This document shows positions 42,776 through 53,488 of a stretch of 64,000 nt of DNA, piece by piece. Source of the stretch: an uncultured Pelagibacteraceae bacterium. GTDB taxonomy: Bacteria > Pseudomonadota > Alphaproteobacteria > Pelagibacterales > Pelagibacteraceae. A model generated the notes under the pieces. It had not been told where the DNA came from. It saw only the letters and a program-made list of their open reading frames with translations, and ran no database searches. Made by a program: the position numbers and the translations under genes. Where the stretch lies: the NCBI GenBank assembly GCA_902569105.1, contig CACFTE010000004.1, positions 6,303-70,302 on the forward strand, written 5' to 3'. Numbering within the stretch: the first letter of the stretch is position 1; the number at the start of each line of letters is the position of its first letter.

Positions 42776-43319
42776 AGCCCTAAAGGAAGGTCATTTTGTT
42801 CTTTCCTCTGGTTTGCACTCTTCACAATATGTTCAGTGTGCAAAACTTTTAAGTTTTCCCAATAAAGCAGAGAATTTATGCAAATCCTTAGCTTATAAAA
42901 TTAAAAAAAATTTTAAAAATATAGATATAATACTATCACCAGCAATAGGAGGTATAGTTGTAGGATATGAGATTGGAAGAATTTTAAAAGTTGAGACTAT
43001 TTTTTGTGAGAGAGTAAAAGGAAAATTTAAATTAAGAAGAGGTTTTAGTATTAATCCTAAATCAAAAGTATTAATAATTGAAGATGTTATCACAACAGGT
43101 AAATCAAGTTTAGAATGTGTTAAATTAATTAATTCAAACAAAGCAAAACTCATTGGATTTGCATGTATAATTGATAGATCAAATAAAAAACAGCTCAAAA
43201 TCAAAAATAAAATTGTTTCTCAAATAAAGTTAAATATACCAACTTATAAAAAAAATAATTTACCTGAATTCCTTAAAAAAATTCCTGTTTCTTCTCCAGG
43301 CAGTAGAAGAATTAAATGA
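42732..43319 (+). CDS. pyrE: Orotate phosphoribosyltransferase
   Basis: GHFVLSSGLHS, LRRGF, IIEDVITTGKS. Confidence 0.95.
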   Translation: MLSLKDSLAVLKKTEALKEGHFVLSSGLHSSQYVQCAKLLSFPNKAENLCKSLAYKIKKNFKNIDIILSPAIGGIVVGYEIGRILKVETIFCERVKGKFKLRRGFSINPKSKVLIIEDVITTGKSSLECVKLINSNKAKLIGFACIIDRSNKKQLKIKNKIVSQIKLNIPTYKKNNLPEFLKKIPVSSPGSRRIK

Positions 43320-44038
43320 CAAAACTTGGTGTAAATATAGATCACATAGCTACAGTTAGAAATGCTAGAGGAGATCGTCATCCAGATCCGTATCTATCTG
43401 CAAAAATTGCAATTAAATACGGAGCTGATTCTATAACTATTCATTTGAGAGAAGATAGGAGACATATTAAAGACAAAGATCTTATGATTATATCTTCAAA
43501 TAATCAAATACCTCTTAACTTGGAAATGGCAGCAACAAAAAAAATGCTAAAAATAGCATTGAAACGTAAACCTGATTTTGTCTGTATTGTACCCGAAAAA
43601 AGAGCAGAAATAACAACAGAAGGTGGATTAGACTTAAAAAAAAATCGAAAAAAAATAAAATATATTGTTAATAAGTTAATAAATTCGAAAATTAGAACAA
43701 GTCTATTTATAGATCCTTCTATTAAAGATATCAAATTAGCAAAACAGTTAGGCGCTAATTGTATTGAAATACATACTGGAAAAATTTCAAACCTAGTAAA
43801 AAATAAATTGAATTACAAAAAAGAATTAACTAAAATTAACAAATGTGCAAAATATGCGCATTTGTTAGGTTTAGAAATTCACGCAGGGCACGGTTTAGAT
43901 TATAAAACTACAAAAATTTTAAAAAGAATTAATTTAATTACCGAATTTAATATTGGTCATTTTATTATAGGAGAATCCATATTATATGGTCTAAAAAAAG
44001 TAATTAAAAATTTTAAAAATATTTTGAAAAATAAATAA
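43316..44038 (+). CDS. pdxJ: Pyridoxine 5'-phosphate synthase
   Basis: LGVNIDHIATVRNAR, HLREDRRHI, TTEGGLD, HAGHGL, NIGH. Confidence 0.97.
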   Translation: MTKLGVNIDHIATVRNARGDRHPDPYLSAKIAIKYGADSITIHLREDRRHIKDKDLMIISSNNQIPLNLEMAATKKMLKIALKRKPDFVCIVPEKRAEITTEGGLDLKKNRKKIKYIVNKLINSKIRTSLFIDPSIKDIKLAKQLGANCIEIHTGKISNLVKNKLNYKKELTKINKCAKYAHLLGLEIHAGHGLDYKTTKILKRINLITEFNIGHFIIGESILYGLKKVIKNFKNILKNK

Positions 44039-44427
44039 TGTCAATAATAGGAATAGGTGTAGATATTGTAAATAACGAAAGATTAAGTAAACTTATTAAA
44101 AATCCAAAATTTATAGACAGGATATTTACTAAAAATGAAAAAAAGGACTCACTTAAATTAAAAAATAAAGTTAATTTTTTTTCAAAAAGATTTGCAGCAA
44201 AGGAGGCTTTTTCAAAAGCAACTGGGTTTGGTATATCAAAGAATCTTCATTTTAAAAATATAGAAATTAAAAACAATAAAAAAGGAAAACCTTTTATACA
44301 TATTAACAAACCTACAAATATTTATTTAAAAAAAAAATTTAAAGTAAATTCATTTAAATCAAATTTATCAATTTCTGATGAAAAAAAATTTTCAGTTGCA
44401 TATGTGATTATTGAGAAAAATGATTAA
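44038..44427 (+). CDS. acpS: Holo-ACP synthase
   Basis: GIGVDIV, RFAAKEAFSKA, GKP, LSISD. Confidence 0.96.
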   Translation: MSIIGIGVDIVNNERLSKLIKNPKFIDRIFTKNEKKDSLKLKNKVNFFSKRFAAKEAFSKATGFGISKNLHFKNIEIKNNKKGKPFIHINKPTNIYLKKKFKVNSFKSNLSISDEKKFSVAYVIIEKND

Positions 44428-45154
44428 AAAAAATACTATAATTGAAAACATCAAAACACTTTTTTACGCTTTAATTATTGCAATTTTGATCAGGTCTTTA
44501 TTTATTCAACCCTTTTATATTCCTTCATCTTCGATGGAGCTAAATTTATTAGTTGGGGATAGATTATTTGTAACAAAATATTCTTATGGATATAGCAAGC
44601 ATTCTTTTCCTTTCAGTCCACCTATATTTAAAGGGAGAATATTTGAAAAATCACCAAAAAGAGGTGACATAGTAGTCTTTAAAACTCCATCAGACAATAG
44701 AACTGATTATATTAAAAGATTAATTGGATTACCTGGAGATACAATTCAATTTATTAACGGTAATTTGTATATTAATAATAACCAAATATTTACAGCTTTG
44801 TTAAATGATAGTGCATTACTCTATTGTGGAAAACAACAAATAAATGTGTCTATTTTCGAAGAAAAAATATCGGATAAAAAATCTTACAAGGTCTCTTATA
44901 GAAATGATATTTCATATCAAAATTCTGATAAATTTAAAGTACCAGAAAATCACTATTTTTTTTTAGGCGATAATAGAGATTGTTCGAAAGATAGTAGATT
45001 TCTAACTGAGGTTGGTTACGTGCATAAAAATAATTTAGTTGGAAAAGCTCAAATTTTATTTTTTTCTTCTAACACAATGGAAGGTAGTATTTTTCAATTC
45101 TGGAAATGGTCTGATATAATTAGATATGACAGATTTTTTAAAAAATTAAATTAA
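44420..45154 (+). CDS. lepB: Signal peptidase I
   Basis: IPSSSM, YIKRLIGLPGD, LGDNRDCSKDSR. Confidence 0.96.
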   Translation: MIKKNTIIENIKTLFYALIIAILIRSLFIQPFYIPSSSMELNLLVGDRLFVTKYSYGYSKHSFPFSPPIFKGRIFEKSPKRGDIVVFKTPSDNRTDYIKRLIGLPGDTIQFINGNLYINNNQIFTALLNDSALLYCGKQQINVSIFEEKISDKKSYKVSYRNDISYQNSDKFKVPENHYFFLGDNRDCSKDSRFLTEVGYVHKNNLVGKAQILFFSSNTMEGSIFQFWKWSDIIRYDRFFKKLN

Positions 45155-45819
45155 TGAAAAAAATAATAAACAAACTTGAGCAAAATTTAGGTTTTAAGAT
45201 AAGTAATTTAAAGCTATATTATAATGCATTAACACACAAAAGCGCCGACAAAACAAATAATTATGAAAAATTGGAATTCTTAGGCGATAGAGTCTTAGGA
45301 CTTTGTATTTCAAAAAAATTATTAGAGATTTTTCCAGATGAAAAAGAAGGTATATTAGATAAAAAATTAGCTTCTTTAGTAAATAAAAACAAATGTTTTG
45401 AAGTTGGGCAATATCTTAAATTAGATAAAATTATTAAAATTGGAAATTTACGCTTAAAAAAACAAACGATAGAAAAGAAAATTGTTTCTGATTGTTGTGA
45501 AGCATTAATTGGTGCTATTTATCTAGATAAAGGTTTTGATTATGTTGAAAAATTTATTTTAAAAAATTGGGATAAACATATTTACGATAAAAATATTATT
45601 ATAGTTGATGCAAAAACAAAACTTCAAGAATATTCATTAAAAAAATTTAAGGTATTACCAATTTATAAATTCATATCAGATACGGGACCGAAACATAAAC
45701 CTAATTTTAAAGTAGCTGTAAAATTAAAAGATACAGTATTTGTTGAGGCTGAAGGATTATCTAAAAAGTTAGCTCAACAAGCTGCTGCAACCAAGTTATT
45801 AAATTTATTAGATAAATAA
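45154..45819 (+). CDS. rnc: Ribonuclease III
   Basis: ALTHKS, EKLEFLGDRVL, DCCEALIGAIYLD; C-terminal dsRBD. Confidence 0.97.
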   Translation: MKKIINKLEQNLGFKISNLKLYYNALTHKSADKTNNYEKLEFLGDRVLGLCISKKLLEIFPDEKEGILDKKLASLVNKNKCFEVGQYLKLDKIIKIGNLRLKKQTIEKKIVSDCCEALIGAIYLDKGFDYVEKFILKNWDKHIYDKNIIIVDAKTKLQEYSLKKFKVLPIYKFISDTGPKHKPNFKVAVKLKDTVFVEAEGLSKKLAQQAAATKLLNLLDK

Positions 45820-46493
45820 TGAAATTTGAAGATAAAGGTTTTTTATTAAAAAAAAATAAATTTAATGAAAATTCTGTTATAGCTGAATTTTTTACAGAAA
45901 ATAACGGAAAAGCAACAGGGATAATTTTTGGAGCAACATCTGTAAAGATAAAAAATTTCTTACTTATAGGAAATCTATTTAACTTGCAGTTTAACTCTAA
46001 AAATCAGAGTCGTGCAGGTTATTTTAAAGTTGAAATTGATAAAATCTTTACACCTCATTTTCTTGACAATAAAGTTAAGCTTAATTGTATAATTTATTCG
46101 TTATATCTTATAAAAATTCTTTCTGTTGAAAATCAAGCAAATGAAAAAATTTTTAATCAAATTTTTAAATTGTACGAATTATTAAACCGAAGTAATTGGA
46201 TTAAGCAATTTATATTTTGGGAACTTGAAATTATTAAACTCGTCGGATATGACATTAATTTTAAAGATTACGTCGATTTAAGTTTAACAAATGACAATCA
46301 ATCTTATGTTTCTACTTCAGATGGTACTAAAAAAATTCCTTCTTTTTTGTTAAGCAAAGATGACACTGAGGTTAATATTGATGAGTTAAAGATTGGATTA
46401 AAAGTTGTAGGTGATTTTTTAAATAAGTCTGTACTTACACCAAATAATATTAATTATCCTTCATCAAGATCGGAATTTACGAAATTAATTTAA
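45819..46493 (+). CDS. recO: DNA repair protein RecO
   Basis: N-terminal OB fold (FEDKGFLL..FNENS..FTENNG), WELEII..VGY; position after rnc. Confidence 0.85.
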   Translation: MKFEDKGFLLKKNKFNENSVIAEFFTENNGKATGIIFGATSVKIKNFLLIGNLFNLQFNSKNQSRAGYFKVEIDKIFTPHFLDNKVKLNCIIYSLYLIKILSVENQANEKIFNQIFKLYELLNRSNWIKQFIFWELEIIKLVGYDINFKDYVDLSLTNDNQSYVSTSDGTKKIPSFLLSKDDTEVNIDELKIGLKVVGDFLNKSVLTPNNINYPSSRSEFTKLI

Positions 46494-47474
46494 TTCATTT
46501 GCAATGTCGTTAGCAAAATATGTAACTATTGCACTAGCCCCAGCTCTTTTAAAACACATTAAACTTTCAATTATAGCATTATGACTAATAAGCTTCTTTT
46601 GAATTCCATTCTTAATTAAAGAATATTCACCGGATACTTGATATGCAAAAACGGGAATTTTAAAATTATTTCTTATAGTTGTGATTATATCCAGGTAAGG
46701 CATTCCTGGCTTGATCATTATAAAATCAGCTCCCTCTTTAATATCAAGTGAGACTTCTCTTATTGCTTCTAGTGAATTTGAGAAATCCATTTGATAAGTT
46801 TTTTTATCACCTTTTAAAATTGATTTTGAACCAACTGCATCTCTAAATGGACCATAAAAGTTTGAAGCATATTTAACAGCGTAAGATAAAATCTGAACAT
46901 CATGAAATTTTTCTTTATCTAGAGCTTTTCTTATTTTTCCAATTCTTCCATCCATCATATCAGAAGGCGCCAAAACATCTGACCCCATTTCTGCTTGAAG
47001 TAATGATTGTTTAACTAAAATTTCTATTGTTTCATCATTTAAAATTTTACTATTTTTTAATAAACCATCATGACCATGAGATGTATATGGATCTAAAGCA
47101 ACATCTGTCATTAAGCCTATTTCATTTTTATATTTTTTTTTTGTGATTTGAAGAGCTTTACAAATCAGGTTATTTTCATTTAAAGCTTCTGTACCAAATA
47201 TATTCTTATACTTCTTTGATGTATTTGGAAAAAAAGCAACCATTGGTATTTTATTTTTTAGAGCTTTATCTATTACACTTGGAATGAGATCTACCGAATA
47301 CCTAAATACACCCGGCATACTTTTGATCATAGTTTTCTTATTTTTTCCATCTGTTAAAAATATTGGTAAAATTAAATCATTAGTTGACAAATCATTTTCT
47401 CTTAGCAATCTTCTGGTCCAACTAAATTTCCTGTTTCTTCTTAGTCTTAAAGTCGGATATCTCCCTGTTATCAT
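46485..47474 (-). CDS. hemB: Porphobilinogen synthase (non-Zn, Asp-rich type)
   Basis: DVALDPYTSHGHDG, PSDMMDGR, FYGPFRDA, KPG, YQVSGEY. Confidence 0.97.
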   Translation of the reverse strand: MITGRYPTLRLRRNRKFSWTRRLLRENDLSTNDLILPIFLTDGKNKKTMIKSMPGVFRYSVDLIPSVIDKALKNKIPMVAFFPNTSKKYKNIFGTEALNENNLICKALQITKKKYKNEIGLMTDVALDPYTSHGHDGLLKNSKILNDETIEILVKQSLLQAEMGSDVLAPSDMMDGRIGKIRKALDKEKFHDVQILSYAVKYASNFYGPFRDAVGSKSILKGDKKTYQMDFSNSLEAIREVSLDIKEGADFIMIKPGMPYLDIITTIRNNFKIPVFAYQVSGEYSLIKNGIQKKLISHNAIIESLMCFKRAGASAIVTYFANDIANELN

Positions 47475-47546
47475 ATCAATATTATATATTTAATTATGCG
47501 ACAAAAGTTATATATACTATATTAATTTTTGAGCTATTAAAATTTT

Positions 47547-48137
47547 ATGCCTTTAAACTTTGATGATTTTCAAAAACAGGATATCAAATTTGACATTTCT
47601 AAGTTAAGAAATGCATGTGATGAGGTGTTACAAATTAAAGGATTTGATACTAGTTTAGGGATACCTCATTTTGCAGGAATATCATTAAATCAGATACCAG
47701 GAGATCCAGAGTCTACACTGGGTAATAAGATTAGAGGTGTATATTGGACAAAACCTGATTCTAGCGGTAGAGAGGTAGTTAGGGATTCTAAAATAGATGA
47801 ATCAAAATATACAGAGTTTGTAAAAGAATTTGAAAAAACATATTTTAAGGATGTTTATAATCTTCTCTCAAAGAAATATAAATTAGGAAGGATGAGGCTA
47901 TTGTTAAAGGAACCGAGGTCAACTTTAAGCTGGCACAGAGATCCAGAACCAAGGTTGCATATACCTATATATACAAATCCTGGAGCTATAATGGTTATTG
48001 ATAGTATAGCCAAACATATGCCCGCAGATGGTTCCGTATGGATTACAAACAACAGAAAGTATCATAATGCTTTTAATGGTGGTGAAGAAAATAGAGTTCA
48101 CCTTGTAGCATGTGTACTAGATTACAAATTTAATTAA
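47547..48137 (+). CDS. Putative 2OG-Fe(II) oxygenase (Asp/Asn beta-hydroxylase-like)
   Basis: RMRL..LSWHRD..RLHIPI..YHNAFNGG..RVHLV: HxD...H triad plus Arg. Confidence 0.82.
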   Translation: MPLNFDDFQKQDIKFDISKLRNACDEVLQIKGFDTSLGIPHFAGISLNQIPGDPESTLGNKIRGVYWTKPDSSGREVVRDSKIDESKYTEFVKEFEKTYFKDVYNLLSKKYKLGRMRLLLKEPRSTLSWHRDPEPRLHIPIYTNPGAIMVIDSIAKHMPADGSVWITNNRKYHNAFNGGEENRVHLVACVLDYKFN

Positions 48138-48563
48138 TTGAAAAATATAGTCATAGCTTCTGATCACGCTGGTTACTTTTTAAAAGAGTATGTTAAAAGA
48201 AAACTATTAAAAAAAAAAATTATACTTAAAGACATAGGTACGAAGTCTAGTGAAAAAGTTGACTATCCTGATTATGCTCATAAATTATCAAAAATTGTTA
48301 AAAAAAGTGATAACATTGTGGGTATATTAATTTGTGGTTCTGGACAAGGAATGATAATGACCGCAAATAAGCATAAGAAAGTCAGGGCGGCATTATGTTA
48401 TAATGAAAAATCCACAAAATTATCAAGATTGCATAATGATGCAAATATTATTACATTAGGATCAAGACTTGTTTCTAAAAAAAATGCAATTAAATATGTA
48501 AGTATATTTTTGAAAACAAAATTTGAAGGTGGAAGACACAAAAAAAGGATAAGGAAAATATAA
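48138..48563 (+). CDS. rpiB: Ribose-5-phosphate isomerase B
   Basis: TTG start; ASDHAG, VDYPD, CGSGQG, HNDAN, FEGGRH. Confidence 0.95.
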   Translation: MKNIVIASDHAGYFLKEYVKRKLLKKKIILKDIGTKSSEKVDYPDYAHKLSKIVKKSDNIVGILICGSGQGMIMTANKHKKVRAALCYNEKSTKLSRLHNDANIITLGSRLVSKKNAIKYVSIFLKTKFEGGRHKKRIRKI

Positions 48564-49877
48564 ATGTCTAAAGAAAGCAACTATATAAATAATCAATATC
48601 AAAGTTTTTTTGAAAATAGTTTATCAAAAATAGATCCTGATATTCATCAAGCAATAAATGATGAATTAAACAGACAGCAAAGTCATATAGAATTAATAGC
48701 TTCTGAAAACATTGTCTCACAAGCTGTACTAGAGGCTCAAGGATCGGTATTAACAAATAAATATGCAGAAGGTTATTCAGGTAAGCGATATTACAATGGC
48801 TGCGCCCATGTTGATGTTGCTGAAAATCTTGCTAATGAAAGATTAAAAAAATTATTTAATTGTAAATTTGCTAATTCACAGCCACACTCTGGTGCACAAG
48901 CAAATGGTGCTGTATTTTTAGCTTTGTTAAATCCTGGAGATACTTTTATGGGTATGAGTTTAAACTCAGGTGGACATATAACTCACGGTCTGAAAATCGC
49001 AATGTCTGGAAAATGGTTTAATGCAATAGGTTATGATGTAGACAAAAGTTCTGAGCTGATTGATTATGATAATGTCGAGAAACTTGCTTTAGAACATAAA
49101 CCCAAATTAATAATAGCAGGTGGTAGCGCTTATTCTAGAGTAATTGATTTTAAGAGATTTCGAAGTATTGCTGATAAAGTAGGCGCCTACTTGATGGTTG
49201 ATATGGCTCATTTCTCTGGCTTGGTAGCAGGAAAAGGATACCCAAATCCAGTTGATTTTGCACACGTGGTAACCTCTACAACTCATAAAGTATTTAGAAG
49301 TGCAAGGGGTGGAATAATTTTAACTAATCATGAAGATCTTGCAAAAAAAATAAATTCAGCTGTATTCCCTGGATACCAAGGGGGACCGTTAATGCATATT
49401 ATTGCTGCAAAAGCTGTGGGTTTCCTTGAAGCCTTAAAACCAGAATTTCAAACTTATATTAAAACAGTTCTTTCAAACGCTAAAATATTAAGTGAAAATT
49501 TAATCAATAATGGTTTTAAAATATATTCAGGAGGGACTGATACACACTTAATGTTAGTAGATCTTAGACCTTTTAATGTAAAAGGTAATGTAGCAGCAGA
49601 AAGCTTAGATAGAGCCAATATAACATGTAATAAAAATGGAATTCCCTTTGATACTGAAAGTCCAATGATCACATCAGGCATAAGACTTGGAACCCAAGCC
49701 GCAACTACTAGAGGTTTTGGACCTGAGGAATTCAAAAAAGTTGGAGATTTAATAACTAAAACAATTATTGGTTTGTCAAAAAACCCAGATGATAATTCAA
49801 AAGTTGAAAACGAAGTCAGATCTGAAGTAATCGATCTATGTTCTAAATTTCCAATATACAAAAATTTAAGGAAATAA
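48564..49877 (+). CDS. glyA: Serine hydroxymethyltransferase
   Basis: ELIASEN, NKYAEGY, DMAHFSG, STTHK, GIRLGT. Confidence 0.98.
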   Translation: MSKESNYINNQYQSFFENSLSKIDPDIHQAINDELNRQQSHIELIASENIVSQAVLEAQGSVLTNKYAEGYSGKRYYNGCAHVDVAENLANERLKKLFNCKFANSQPHSGAQANGAVFLALLNPGDTFMGMSLNSGGHITHGLKIAMSGKWFNAIGYDVDKSSELIDYDNVEKLALEHKPKLIIAGGSAYSRVIDFKRFRSIADKVGAYLMVDMAHFSGLVAGKGYPNPVDFAHVVTSTTHKVFRSARGGIILTNHEDLAKKINSAVFPGYQGGPLMHIIAAKAVGFLEALKPEFQTYIKTVLSNAKILSENLINNGFKIYSGGTDTHLMLVDLRPFNVKGNVAAESLDRANITCNKNGIPFDTESPMITSGIRLGTQAATTRGFGPEEFKKVGDLITKTIIGLSKNPDDNSKVENEVRSEVIDLCSKFPIYKNLRK

Positions 49878-50336
49878 ATGATTTGTCCACTTTGTAAAAA
49901 AGGTGAAACATCGGTAGTAGATTCCAGACCCGCAGAAGACGGTACTTCGATAAGAAGAAGAAGATTATGTAATTGTGGTGAAAGATTTACAACATTTGAG
50001 AGAGTTCAAAATAGAGAAATAATTGTAGTTAAAAAAAATGGACGAAAATCTCCCTTTGATAGAGATAAACTATCTAAATCAATTTACATAGCTCTAAAAA
50101 AAAGACCAATTGATACTGATACAATAGAAAAATTTATAACTAAAATATCGAGATCTCTTGAAGAGTTGGGACAAAATGAAATTTCCTCAAACACGATTGG
50201 TACAATGGTTATGGATGCTTTAAAAAACTTAGACCCAGTTGCATATGTCCGTTTTGCTTCAGTTTATCGAAATTTCAGAGAAGAAAAGGATTTTGTAACA
50301 TTCGTAGACAGAATAGATGTCTATAAAAAAAGATAA
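49878..50336 (+). CDS. nrdR: Transcriptional repressor NrdR
   Basis: CPLC, VVDSR, RRRR, RFTTFE, ATP cone, [10 protein letters not shown]. Confidence 0.96.
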   Translation: MICPLCKKGETSVVDSRPAEDGTSIRRRRLCNCGERFTTFERVQNREIIVVKKNGRKSPFDRDKLSKSIYIALKKRPIDTDTIEKFITKISRSLEELGQNEISSNTIGTMVMDALKNLDPVAYVRFASVYRNFREEKDFVTFVDRIDVYKKR

Positions 50337-51402
50337 ATATTTTATTAGCCTGGCTAACAATATAGCCCAAAATACTCTTGGTTACACAGGACCAAATCCC
50401 TCTGTTGGTACCGTTATAGTTAAAAAAAACAAAATTTTATCATTTGCATCAACCAGTGCAACTGGAAGACCTCACTCAGAAGTTAATGCTTTGAATAAAA
50501 TCTCAAATAAAGATAAGAAAAATTCTACTATTTATATTTCATTAGAACCATGTACACATTATGGGAAAACTTCCCCTTGTGTTAACCAAATTATTAAGTC
50601 AAATATTAACAGAGTTGTTTACTCTATTAACGATGTTGATTACAGAACATCAGGTAAATCTTACAGAATTTTAAAATCAAAAAAAATTACAGTTAGAAGA
50701 AATATATTACACAAAAATTCAAAATCTATTTATACGAAATATTTTTATACAAAAAAAAATAATCTACCATATGTCGTTGGCAAGCTTGCAATTTCAAAAG
50801 ATTATTTTTTAAAGGATAAAAAAAAATTTTATATTACAAATAATCTCTCTTTAAAGACCACTCATATTTTGAGAAGTAGGGTAAATTGTATTTTAACATC
50901 ATCAAATACTATAAATGATGATAATCCAAAACTTAATTGCAGAATATATGGATTAAATAAATTTTCTCCTAAAATCGCAATTTTAGATAAAAACCTAAAA
51001 ATTAAAAAAAATTCTTACTTAATTAATAATGCAAAGAAAAACAGAACTTTTCTTTTTTATAACAAAGACAACAAAAGCACAATTAAGTATCTCAAATCAA
51101 AGGGTGTCGTTGTTATAAAGACACCTACTTTTGAAAATAACTTAGATTTAAAATATATACTAAAAAAATTATATAAATTTGAAATTTCAAGCATAATCGT
51201 TGAAGCCGGTAAGTTACTTACATTATCACTATTAAATAATAATTTTTTAAATGAATTTTACCTTTTTATTTCATCTGAAAAACTTAACAAAAGAGGAACA
51301 TTAAAAATTAAAAATATTAAGACAAATCTGTCAAAAAAATTTAAAAATTTTAAATTAGATGAGACTTTTCTAGATAAAGATAATCTAATACATTATTACT
51401 AA
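50317..51402 (+). CDS. ribD: Riboflavin biosynthesis deaminase/reductase RibD
   Basis: [32 protein letters not shown]. Confidence 0.93.
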   Translation: MSIKKDKYFISLANNIAQNTLGYTGPNPSVGTVIVKKNKILSFASTSATGRPHSEVNALNKISNKDKKNSTIYISLEPCTHYGKTSPCVNQIIKSNINRVVYSINDVDYRTSGKSYRILKSKKITVRRNILHKNSKSIYTKYFYTKKNNLPYVVGKLAISKDYFLKDKKKFYITNNLSLKTTHILRSRVNCILTSSNTINDDNPKLNCRIYGLNKFSPKIAILDKNLKIKKNSYLINNAKKNRTFLFYNKDNKSTIKYLKSKGVVVIKTPTFENNLDLKYILKKLYKFEISSIIVEAGKLLTLSLLNNNFLNEFYLFISSEKLNKRGTLKIKNIKTNLSKKFKNFKLDETFLDKDNLIHYY

Positions 51403-51405
51403 AAA

Positions 51406-51990
51406 ATGTTTAATGGAATAATTTATAATCAGGGAAGAGTTAAAAAAATTTTAAAAAATAAAAAAGGCAAATCAATTTTTATTTTTTCAAAAATTTCTTT
51501 ATCAAAAAAAAATGTTGGAATGTCAATTTCTTGTGATGGAGTATGTTTAACTTTAGTTTCACTAAAAAAAAATATTTTAGAATTTTATCTTTTGAACGAA
51601 ACAATTAAAAGATCGAAATTTAAATATATAAAATATGGTGATTTGATCAATTTAGAAATGCCTTTAAAATTTGGTCAAGATATCTCAGGTCATATTTGTC
51701 AAGGACATGTCGATACTACTTCTAAATTATTAAAAATTTCTAAAAAAGGGGCCTCAAGAATTTTAGAGTTTGGGGTTAAGAAAAAATATAAAAAAATTCT
51801 TATTGAGAAGGCCTCTATTTTAATAAATGGCGTCTCTTTAACTATATCAAAAATTACAAAAAAAGGTTTTGAAATATGGTTAATTCCCCATACTTTGAAA
51901 CTTACAAACCTATCTGATATCAAAAAAAACTCTATTGTTAATTTAGAATTTGATATTCTATCTAAATACGTAAAAAATTATTTATCATGA
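51406..51990 (+). CDS. ribE: Riboflavin synthase (alpha chain)
   Basis: MFNGII, DGVCLT, GHICQGHVD, NGVSLT, IPHT, NLEFD. Confidence 0.95.
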   Translation: MFNGIIYNQGRVKKILKNKKGKSIFIFSKISLSKKNVGMSISCDGVCLTLVSLKKNILEFYLLNETIKRSKFKYIKYGDLINLEMPLKFGQDISGHICQGHVDTTSKLLKISKKGASRILEFGVKKKYKKILIEKASILINGVSLTISKITKKGFEIWLIPHTLKLTNLSDIKKNSIVNLEFDILSKYVKNYLS

Positions 51991-53087
51991 AAAATTCAAA
52001 ATTTAATTCTATAGAAACTATTATTTCTGATGCAAAAAAAGGTAAAATGTACATTTTAGTAGATGACGAAAATAGAGAAAATGAAGGTGATCTTGTATTT
52101 GCTGCAAAAGATGTAAGTGCTGAAAAAATAAATTTTATGGCAAAATATGGTAGAGGATTAATCTGTCTCGCTATTGATTCTTCTCAAGCTAAAAAACTAA
52201 ACTTGAATTACATGTCACCAAAAAATGAATCTAGAAATCAAACTGCCTTTACTGTTTCTATAGAAGCAAAGAAAGGTATATCAACAGGTATATCTGCTAA
52301 AGATAGAGCAACAACAATTAAAGTTGCAACGAAATCAAATGTACTTAAAAAGAATATAGTTTCTCCTGGTCATGTATTTCCAATCGTGGCTAAAGATGGT
52401 GGTGTTTTAATTAGGGCAGGCCACACCGAAGCTTCTGTCGATATTTCTAAGTTAGCAAAAAAAAATCCATCAGCAGTAATCTGTGAAATAATGAATGAAG
52501 ATGGATCTATGGCTAAACGAGATGAACTAATAAGCTTTGCAAAAAGACACAAATTATCAATTGGTAAAATTGAAGATCTAATTGCTTATAGGTTAAAAAT
52601 GGAAAATTTCATAAAGCTTAAAAAAACTTCTGAAATAATTTTAGGCAAACAAAAATTTAAAATTAAAATATTTGAGAACATTATAGATGGTTCAGAGCAT
52701 TTTGCTTTAATTAAAGGTAAAATGGTTAAAAATATTATTCCACGTGTTAGAGTAATATCATCTAATATTGTGCAAAATTATTTATTAGGAGATAAAATAC
52801 CAAACTCCTTTAGCAAAACTGTTACTTATTTCAAAAAATTCAAGAACTGTATTTTAGTTTTTATAAAAGATCCAAATTTAAAATCTGTTTCTGCAACATT
52901 AAAAGATTATCAAAACAAAAAATATTATAAAAAAGGTAAGGATAAATTGATTAGAAACTACGGTTTAGGAGCTCAAATACTCAAAAATTTAAAAGTTAAG
53001 AAAATGATTTTAGTTACAAAATCTAGAAAGAAGGTTATAGGTTTAGAAGGATATAATTTATCAATTACCAAACAAGAGATTATATGA
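51987..53087 (+). CDS. ribB: DHBP synthase fused to a degenerate GTP cyclohydrolase II domain (RibBX)
   Basis: DDENRENEGD, PGHVFP, RAGHTEA, CEIMN; C-domain keeps RNYGLGAQIL but lacks the Zn Cys residues. Confidence 0.92.
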   Translation: MKNSKFNSIETIISDAKKGKMYILVDDENRENEGDLVFAAKDVSAEKINFMAKYGRGLICLAIDSSQAKKLNLNYMSPKNESRNQTAFTVSIEAKKGISTGISAKDRATTIKVATKSNVLKKNIVSPGHVFPIVAKDGGVLIRAGHTEASVDISKLAKKNPSAVICEIMNEDGSMAKRDELISFAKRHKLSIGKIEDLIAYRLKMENFIKLKKTSEIILGKQKFKIKIFENIIDGSEHFALIKGKMVKNIIPRVRVISSNIVQNYLLGDKIPNSFSKTVTYFKKFKNCILVFIKDPNLKSVSATLKDYQNKKYYKKGKDKLIRNYGLGAQILKNLKVKKMILVTKSRKKVIGLEGYNLSITKQEII

Positions 53088-53488
53088 AAATTTGTATTGT
53101 AGTTTCAGATTATTATAAGAATATTTCAAAAAATTTATTAAAGGGTGCAATAAATGAACTTAAAATTAAAGGTTATAAAAATATTAATATAAAGTTTGTT
53201 TCAGGTGCATTTGAAATTCCAAATATTATTTCAAAAAATATTAAAAAATTTAATGCGTTTATTGCATTAGGTTGTATTATTAAAGGAAAAACTGACCATT
53301 ACTATTTTATTTCTAAAGCTGTAACATATGGAATTATGGATATATCAATTAAATCAAAAAAACCAATTGGTTTTGGCATACTTACTTGCAACAATTTAGA
53401 TCAGGCAAAAATTAGATCTTCAATATCCAAAAAAAACAAAGGAAAAGAAGTAGCTTCAGCAATAATTTCAATTCTCAGAAATAAATGA
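53084..53488 (+). CDS. ribH: Lumazine synthase
   Basis: VSGAFEIP, LGCIIKGKTDH, GILT, NKGKE. Confidence 0.95.
   Translation: MKICIVVSDYYKNISKNLLKGAINELKIKGYKNINIKFVSGAFEIPNIISKNIKKFNAFIALGCIIKGKTDHYYFISKAVTYGIMDISIKSKKPIGFGILTCNNLDQAKIRSSISKKNKGKEVASAIISILRNK

Noticed and set aside
47497-47512. TGCGACA upstream of hemB as a RegA/PrrA-type site
   Set aside because: Only a half-site, with no matching GTCGC arm.
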